Below are positions 26,313-32,000 of a stretch of DNA of 32,000 nucleotides, in pieces; the first letter of the stretch is position 1; each line of letters begins with the position of its first letter. A model generated the notes under the pieces. It saw only the letters and a list, made by a program, of their open reading frames with translations. It ran no database searches and was not told where the DNA came from. Made by a program: the position numbers and the translations under genes. The stretch comes from Pseudomonas aeruginosa (GTDB taxonomy: Bacteria > Pseudomonadota > Gammaproteobacteria > Pseudomonadales > Pseudomonadaceae). The stretch covers positions 6,284,980 to 6,316,979 of the forward strand of contig NZ_LN831024.1 of the NCBI RefSeq assembly GCF_001457615.1. Direction: 5' to 3'.

Positions 26313-26492
26313 CACGCACCTCGGCCTGTTCAGAAGCAGGAATTCAGGAAAGCCGGACAGTATAAGGATTTAGCGAACCTGAATGAAGACTCCTGGACAA
26401 AAAATAGCCAATCCAGATCGAGGGAGCAAAACGGCTCGGCGGGCTTACAAAAAATAAAAGGAAAGGAATGTTTATATCTTTTTAGAACTTGT

Positions 26493-26710
26493 GTTTATTG
26501 CTTAGCAGCGGCTTTTCTGTTGATAAGTACGTCGAGCCCAGTAAAGACATAGCCTGTAGCGAATGATAAGGCTGTCCCAAACCCTATCTGGGCCCTGTTG
26601 ATAAGCGTTTTTTAGCTGTGGATGGAATGGCTCGTTATCAACATGTGGAGTTATGCACAGAGCTTCGGCGGGTTTATCTACCCTCCTGTCCCTGGGGTTT
26701 TCCACAGGTT
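26493..26710. promoter_or_regulatory. DnaA-box-like cluster in AT-rich sequence upstream of mnmG, with oriC-like segment (candidate secondary origin-like or DnaA-regulated element)
   Basis: TGTTGATAA 26518-26526, TGTTGATAA 26596-26604, TGTGGATGG 26617-26625, TTATCAACA 26635-26643, TTATGCACA 26651-26659, plus a 34-nt gapless match (25/34) to 31651-31684. Confidence 0.5.
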
Positions 26711-26784
26711 TCAGGCGAGCGTATCCGGGCCGCGGCAGGACCGCAGCCAGGTAGGAGAAGGAGATGGAAAGGCGTGGGAAAGGC

Positions 26785-27009
26785 TCAGTCGTTGCCGCTT
26801 TCCAGCGTATCGATGGATGACGACAGGCGCTCGAAGCGGCGCTTGGCGGAGACCTGGAAATCCCGCTCGGAGCCCTCGTTAGCGGGTTTGCGCAGCAGTA
26901 GCCGAGCACTGAGCCCGCTAGAGCGGTCGTAACTGCCGAACCAGTCGATCATCTGTCCGACCTGGCATTCGCCGCCGAGCCACACCGCCAGGTTGGCTAC
27001 GATCTCCAT
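26785..27009 (-). CDS. Small hypothetical protein (74 aa)
   Basis: ORF MEIVANLAVWLGGECQVGQMIDWFGSYDRSSGLSARLLLRKPANEGSERDFQVSAKRRFERLSSSIDTLESGND; composition more protein-like than the overlapping alternatives, but start and existence uncertain. Confidence 0.45.
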   Translation of the reverse strand: MEIVANLAVWLGGECQVGQMIDWFGSYDRSSGLSARLLLRKPANEGSERDFQVSAKRRFERLSSSIDTLESGND

Positions 27010-27503
27010 GCTGTAGTGTCCGAGTGCTCGCCGTGGGACGCCTTGGGAGCCGAAGGCGAGGGCCCCGCCTGGCCGGTATCGACGGAGTCCAGGGTCTGCA
27101 ACAGCTCTTTTCGCAGAATCTCTTCCAGGCTTGTGGATAAACCGCTTACCGGGTTGACTTGCGTGCACGGAACGTCCCGGCGCGTGGCGATAGCGCCAGG
27201 CGAGACAACGGGATAGATACGCCGTTCGAGAGGGGCGAGCAGATAGAGATTGACCACAGCGCAGCGCCTTCGCGGACGCCGGATCGGAGCGCGGTGCCTG
27301 TGCATAAACCTCTCCCAGGTGGATATCCATCCCATGCAGACCGACATCGGCGCAGATGGTTTTCTCGGGGACGAAGCGGCGCGCCGGCAATCCATGCCTG
27401 CGTGGTTGAGTGCCGGCGGCAAGGGGCACAGTGAAAGGAAAGTACGCAGAACCGGAGCGAACCTTGCCCTGGTTATCCACAACTCGGCGTGGGCCGAGCC
27501 CCA

Positions 27504-28871
27504 TTACTTGCCGATGCAGAAACTCGAGAAGATGCGACCCAGCAGGTCGTCGGGGGTGAATGCGCCGGTGATTTCGCCCAGGTGCTGCTGGGCCTGGCGC
27601 AGATCCTCGGCCAGCAGTTCGCCGGCGCCATTGTGGATAAGTTGGCTGTGGCCATGCTCCAGCGCCTGCCCTGCCAGGCGTAGCGCTTCCAAGTGGCGCC
27701 GGCGGGCGCTGAAACCGCTTTCCGCGGTCTGTTCGAAGCCCATGCAGGCCTTCAGGTGTTCGCGCAGCAGCTCCAGGCCGGCGCCGGTGCGCGCCGAGAG
27801 GGTGATGGTGACGTGGCCGTCCGCGCTTTCCTCGAGGCCAATGGACTCTGTGGACAAATCCGCCTTGTTGCGGATCAGGGTGACCTTGCCCGGTTCCGGT
27901 CGCTGGTCGAGAAACTCCGGCCATAGGGAAAACGGGTCCGCTGCTTCCGGGGCGGTGGCGTCCACCACCAGCAGCACGCGATCGGCTTCGCCGATGGCTT
28001 TCAGCGCACGTTCCACGCCGATCTTTTCCACATGGTCCTCGGTATCCCGCAGGCCTGCGGTGTCCACCACATGCAGGGGCATGCCATCGATGTGGATATG
28101 TTCGCGCAATACATCGCGGGTGGTGCCGGCTATGTCCGTGACGATGGCCGCCTCGCGACCGGCCAGGGCATTCAGCAGGCTGGACTTGCCGGCATTCGGT
28201 CGTCCGGCGATGACCACGGTCATGCCGTCGCGCAGCAGGGCGCCTTGGGAAGCTTCGCGCTGCACTGTGGATAATTCTGTGCGTACTTTTTCCAGAAGCC
28301 CCAGTACATGGCCATCGGCGAGGAAGTCGATTTCTTCCTCGGGGAAGTCGATGGCGGCTTCGACATAGATGCGCAGGGAAATCAGTTGCTCGGTCAATGC
28401 ATGTACCCGGCGTGAGAATTCGCCCTGCAGGGAACGCAATGCATTGCGCGCGGCCTGCTCCGAGCTGGCCTCGATCAGATCGGCGATGGCTTCGGCCTGG
28501 GCCAGGTCGAGCTTGTCGTTGAGGAACGCGCGCTCGCTGAACTCGCCCGGTCGCGCCTGGCGGGCGCCCAGTTCCAGACAACGCTGCACCAGCAGGTCGA
28601 GTACCACGGGGCCGCCGTGCCCCTGCAGTTCGAGTACGTCTTCGCCGGTGAACGAGTTCGGGCCGGGGAAATACAGTGACAGGCCTTCGTCGATCACCTG
28701 CCCACCGGCATCGAGGAACGGTCCGTAATGCGCATGCCGGGCTTTCAGCTGGCGTCCGCTCACGGCCACGGCCATCTGTCCGGCGAGAGGTCCGGAGACG
28801 CGGACGATTCCCACGCCGCCGCGGCCCTGGGCGGTAGCGATCGCGACGATGGTTTCGGTGGCGGCTTGCAT
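27504..28871 (-). CDS. mnmE: tRNA modification GTPase MnmE (TrmE/ThdF)
   Basis: 455 aa from the ATG at 28871: [27 protein letters not shown]; [12 protein letters not shown]; [16 protein letters not shown]; C-terminal IFSSFCIGK. Confidence 0.98.
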   Translation of the reverse strand: MQAATETIVAIATAQGRGGVGIVRVSGPLAGQMAVAVSGRQLKARHAHYGPFLDAGGQVIDEGLSLYFPGPNSFTGEDVLELQGHGGPVVLDLLVQRCLELGARQARPGEFSERAFLNDKLDLAQAEAIADLIEASSEQAARNALRSLQGEFSRRVHALTEQLISLRIYVEAAIDFPEEEIDFLADGHVLGLLEKVRTELSTVQREASQGALLRDGMTVVIAGRPNAGKSSLLNALAGREAAIVTDIAGTTRDVLREHIHIDGMPLHVVDTAGLRDTEDHVEKIGVERALKAIGEADRVLLVVDATAPEAADPFSLWPEFLDQRPEPGKVTLIRNKADLSTESIGLEESADGHVTITLSARTGAGLELLREHLKACMGFEQTAESGFSARRRHLEALRLAGQALEHGHSQLIHNGAGELLAEDLRQAQQHLGEITGAFTPDDLLGRIFSSFCIGK

Positions 28872-28889
28872 GTGGATATCTCCGGATAG

Positions 28890-28916
28890 CAAGACGCCCC
28901 TCGAGGGGGCGTCTTG
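28890..28916. terminator. Hairpin terminator downstream of yidC (CAAGACGCCCCTCGAGGGGGCGTCTTG)
   Basis: Long near-perfect GC-rich inverted repeat between the yidC stop and mnmE start. Confidence 0.8.
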
Positions 28917-28941
28917 TTGTGGACAGTTTTCGCGATAGACG

Positions 28942-30678
28942 TCAGGCGGTCTTCGCGGCTGCTTCGATCTTGCGGGTAATGTACCACTGCTGTGCGATCG
29001 ACAGGCAGTTGTTGACTACCCAGTACAGCACCAGACCGGCTGGGAACCAGAGGAAGAAGAAGGTGAAGATGATCGGCATCAGTTTCATCACCTTGGCCTG
29101 CATCGGGTCCGGCGGGGTCGGGTTGAGCATCTGCTGGATCAGCATGGTGCCGCCCATGACGATCGGCAGGATGAAGAACGGATCCTTCACCGACAGGTCG
29201 GTGATCCAGCCGAGCCACGGCGCCTGGCGCATTTCCACGCTTTCCAGGAGTACCCAGTAGAGGGAGAGGAAGACCGGCATCTGGACCAGGATCGGCAGGC
29301 AGCCGCCCAGCGGATTGATCTTCTCCTTCTTGTACAGCTCCATCATCGCCTGGGACATCTTCTGCCGATCGTCGCCGTGCTGTTCCTTGATCGCCTGCAT
29401 CTTCGGCGACACCGCGCGCATGCGCGCCATCGAACGGTAGCTGGCGGCGGACAACGGGAAGAAGGCCAGCTTGATCAGGACGGTCAGGGCGATGATCGAC
29501 CAGCCCCAGTTGCCGATCAGGCTGTGGATATGTTGCAGCAGCCAGAAGATCGGCTGGGCGATGAACCAAAGGAAACCGTAGTCGACGGTCAGTTCCAGGC
29601 CCGGGGAGAGTTCCTTCAGGTGCTTCTGGAGTTTCGGGCCGGCATACAGGGTCAGGTCGGTTTCCACCTTGCTACCCGCCGGAACGCTCAGGGTCGGGCC
29701 GGTGAAACCGACGATGTAGTTGCCCTGGCCGTCCTTGCGGGTCATGACCTGGTGCTGCTCGCCCTTGGTCGGAACCCAGGCGGTCACGAAGTAGTGTTGC
29801 AGCCAGGCGACCCAGCCACCCTGCACGGACTCCTTGAACTGTTCCTTGTCCATGTCCTTGGTGGAGATCTTCTTGTACGGCGAATCCGGGGTCCAGACCG
29901 CGGCGCCGAGGTAGGTGGACACCCCGGTGGCGGTGGTCGAGGACGGGTCGGCGCTGCCGTCGCGCTTGAGCTGGGCGAACAGGTTGCCGCTCCAGGTCTT
30001 GCCGCTCTGGTTGTCGATCAGGTAGCTGACGCCGACCTGATAGGCGTTTTCATTGATGCACTCGATCTTCTTCTGGGCCTTTTCCTTGTCCGAGCAATCG
30101 GCTTTCAGGCCACGGTGGAAGGTGAAGCGCTTGATGTAGTTGACACCGTCGTGGCTGAAGCTCAGGTCCACGACCAGTTCGTTCTGGCCGTCGGCCAACT
30201 GGTAGCTGCTCTGCGCACTGTGGAACAGCGGGCGGCCGGCGCTGCTGGCGTCCGGGCCGTCGGCACCGGTGAGGCCGCTCTGCGCCAGGTAGGTACGTTC
30301 GCGACCGTTGTCGAACAGCGGGAACGGCACGTCCGGACGGTCCAGGCGGCGCGGATACTGCAACAGGCCGAGCTGGACGATATCGCCGCCACGGGGATCG
30401 ATGGCCAGGTCGAGGACGTCGGTCTTCACCTGGATCAGCTTGTCGCTGACCGCAACCGGCTTGTCGGCGGCTTCGCTGCCGGCCGCGCTGCTCTGGGCAG
30501 TGGGAACGTCACTGCTGGTGCCCGAGGCGGACGGAGTGTCCGGCAGGCCTTGCGTGGTGTTCATCGAAGCGCTGGCGGCGGGCAGCTCAGGCTGACCGTA
30601 ATCCTTGTTCCACTGGAGAACCAGCAGGTAGGACACGACTGCAAGGGCGACGATGAGAATCGAGCGTTGAATGTCCAT
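28942..30678 (-). CDS. yidC: Membrane protein insertase YidC
   Basis: 578 aa; [28 protein letters not shown]; [20 protein letters not shown]; [27 protein letters not shown]. Confidence 0.99.
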   Translation of the reverse strand: MDIQRSILIVALAVVSYLLVLQWNKDYGQPELPAASASMNTTQGLPDTPSASGTSSDVPTAQSSAAGSEAADKPVAVSDKLIQVKTDVLDLAIDPRGGDIVQLGLLQYPRRLDRPDVPFPLFDNGRERTYLAQSGLTGADGPDASSAGRPLFHSAQSSYQLADGQNELVVDLSFSHDGVNYIKRFTFHRGLKADCSDKEKAQKKIECINENAYQVGVSYLIDNQSGKTWSGNLFAQLKRDGSADPSSTTATGVSTYLGAAVWTPDSPYKKISTKDMDKEQFKESVQGGWVAWLQHYFVTAWVPTKGEQHQVMTRKDGQGNYIVGFTGPTLSVPAGSKVETDLTLYAGPKLQKHLKELSPGLELTVDYGFLWFIAQPIFWLLQHIHSLIGNWGWSIIALTVLIKLAFFPLSAASYRSMARMRAVSPKMQAIKEQHGDDRQKMSQAMMELYKKEKINPLGGCLPILVQMPVFLSLYWVLLESVEMRQAPWLGWITDLSVKDPFFILPIVMGGTMLIQQMLNPTPPDPMQAKVMKLMPIIFTFFFLWFPAGLVLYWVVNNCLSIAQQWYITRKIEAAAKTA

Positions 30679-30680
30679 GG

Positions 30681-30926
30681 TTACTCGGCCATCGAGAAAG
30701 GGCGGTGCTTGAAGGAAACTGACAGTAGCAGATCGCGGCTACGGGATTGCCAGTGATGGAGCCGAGTGGAGGAAACCGCACTCGGGCGACCATTGCGTCG
30801 CGGGCCATGCTGCGCGATAGCCTCGTACGCTAGGGAAGTACAACTTGGCTGGGAACGACGGTGCCGGGTCATCGAAGGGGGGATGACACTACAGGGATCG
30901 GGATGCGCGGGCATCGACCTATGCAT
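30681..30926 (-). pseudogene. YidD-like ORF (membrane protein insertion efficiency factor), strongly diverged or decayed
   Basis: 81 aa [81 protein letters not shown], in the canonical yidD slot between rnpA and yidC. Retains PSC...AYEAI..HG..R and R.H.W spacing of YidD, lacks other conserved Cys/Gly residues. Confidence 0.5.
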
Positions 30927-31326
30927 GAGTACCGTCGGCCACGCCAGGGGCGTCAGCAGGGCTTTCCGTGCGAGGTCGATTGCGCAACAGGCGTTTCCAG
31001 AGCTTGCCGAACTGCTGGTGCAGCTCCGGATTTTCCAGTTCGCCCAGGCCTTTGCGCGCGATCACCACGATATCCCAGCCAGCCAGGGTTTCCTGGTTAT
31101 GGCGGAACGATTCGCGGATCAGGCGTTTGAGGCGATTGCGCTGGACGGCGAGCTTGACGTTCTTCTTGCCGATCACCAGGCCCAGGCGGGGGTGATCGAG
31201 ACCGTTCTCGCGCGCCAGCAGCAGGACGTGCTTGCCGGGGACCTTGCCGGTCGGAGAGTCGAAGACTGCGCTGAATTGCCGGGCTGTCAGTAGACGCTTG
31301 TCCCGGTCGAAGTCCCGACTCACCAC
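30919..31326 (-). CDS. rnpA: Ribonuclease P protein component
   Basis: 135 aa; [58 protein letters not shown] (RNR motif); GTG start. Confidence 0.98.
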
Positions 31327-31340
31327 CCGTACCGGATAAA

Positions 31341-31475
31341 TCAGACGGTCAGACGCTTACGGCCTTTGGCGCGACGACGCGACAGAACCTGACGGCCGTT
31401 CTTGGTGGCCATACGGGCGCGGAAACCGTGGACGCGAGCGCGCTTGAGGGTGCTGGGTTGGAAAGTACGTTTCAT
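31341..31475 (-). CDS. rpmH: 50S ribosomal protein L34
   Basis: Translated manually: [44 protein letters not shown], 44 aa. Not in the ORF track because of its length. Confidence 0.99.
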
Positions 31476-31589
31476 GATTCGGTACCTGGGTTGACGACTT
31501 GAGGTCGCAGTGACCCCGTTTAAAGAGACCGGCGATTCTAGTGAAATCGAACGGGCAGGTCAATTTCCAACCAGCGATGACGTAATAGA

Positions 31590-32000
31590 TAGATACAAGG
31601 AAGTCATTTTTCTTTTAAAGGATAGAAACGGTTAATGCTCTTGGGACGGCGCTTTTCTGTGCATAACTCGATGAAGCCCAGCAATTGCGTGTTTCTCCGG
31701 CAGGCAAAAGGTTGTCGAGAACCGGTGTCGAGGCTGTTTCCTTCCTGAGCGAAGCCTGGGGATGAACGAGATGGTTATCCACAGCGGTTTTTTCCACACG
31801 GCTGTGCGCAGGGATGTACCCCCTTCAAAGCAAGGGTTATCCACAAAGTCCAGGACGACCGTCCGTCGGCCTGCCTGCTTTTATTAAGGTCTTGATTTGC
31901 TTGGGGCCTCAGCGCATCGGCATGTGGATAAGTCCGGCCCGTCCGGCTACAATAGGCGCTTATTTCGTTGTGCCGCCTTTCCAATCTTTGGGGGATATCC
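31590..32000. promoter_or_regulatory. oriC: Chromosomal replication origin region (oriC), rpmH-proximal intergenic region continuing past window end
   Basis: DnaA boxes TGTGCATAA 31658-31666, TTATCCACA 31775-31783, TTTTCCACA-like about 31790, TTATCCACA 31837-31845, TGTGGATAA 31923-31931; AT-rich tract around 31600-31635; located between rpmH and, by conserved gene order, dnaA just beyond base 32000. Confidence 0.92.

Noticed and set aside
26785-28581. 598-aa minus-strand ORF taken as one protein
   Set aside because: Most of it is a frame-shifted shadow of mnmE; only the last 74 codons are a plausible separate gene.
29377-30756. 459-aa plus-strand ORF
   Set aside because: Antisense to yidC; no recognisable domain.

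Overview
The window is core chromosome of Pseudomonas aeruginosa type, covering the replication-origin-proximal region that runs up to oriC. Recognition is from protein sequence and gene order; no database was consulted. Left to right it holds: the C-terminal end of a gamma-carbonic-anhydrase-like protein; pyrQ, a third dihydroorotase paralog; a serine-beta-lactamase-fold enzyme (PA5542/PIB-1-like); a TAXI-type TRAP transporter operon (DUF1850 protein, fused permease, solute-binding protein); a cyclopropane-fatty-acid-synthase-family methyltransferase; a HAD-IB phosphatase; an MFS transporter; glmS-glmR; an M23 peptidase; glmU; the complete F0F1 ATP synthase operon atpIBEFHAGDC; parB-parA-rsmG-mnmG; mnmE; yidC; rnpA; rpmH; and the rpmH-side intergenic region with clustered DnaA boxes (oriC). 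I see no mobile element, CRISPR array, phage or defence island, and no convincing wholly novel system. The most interesting observations are: (1) an AT-rich block upstream of mnmG/gidA that resembles part of the rpmH-side oriC region and carries its own DnaA-box-like cluster; (2) a strong excess of exact TTATCCACA boxes restricted to particular parts of the window; (3) a strongly diverged or decayed YidD-like ORF between rnpA and yidC; (4) a dihydroorotase paralog whose canonical HxH metal motif reads QxH; (5) a DeoR-type repeat overlapping the glmR start; (6) about 1 kb of poorly explained sequence between mnmG and mnmE.
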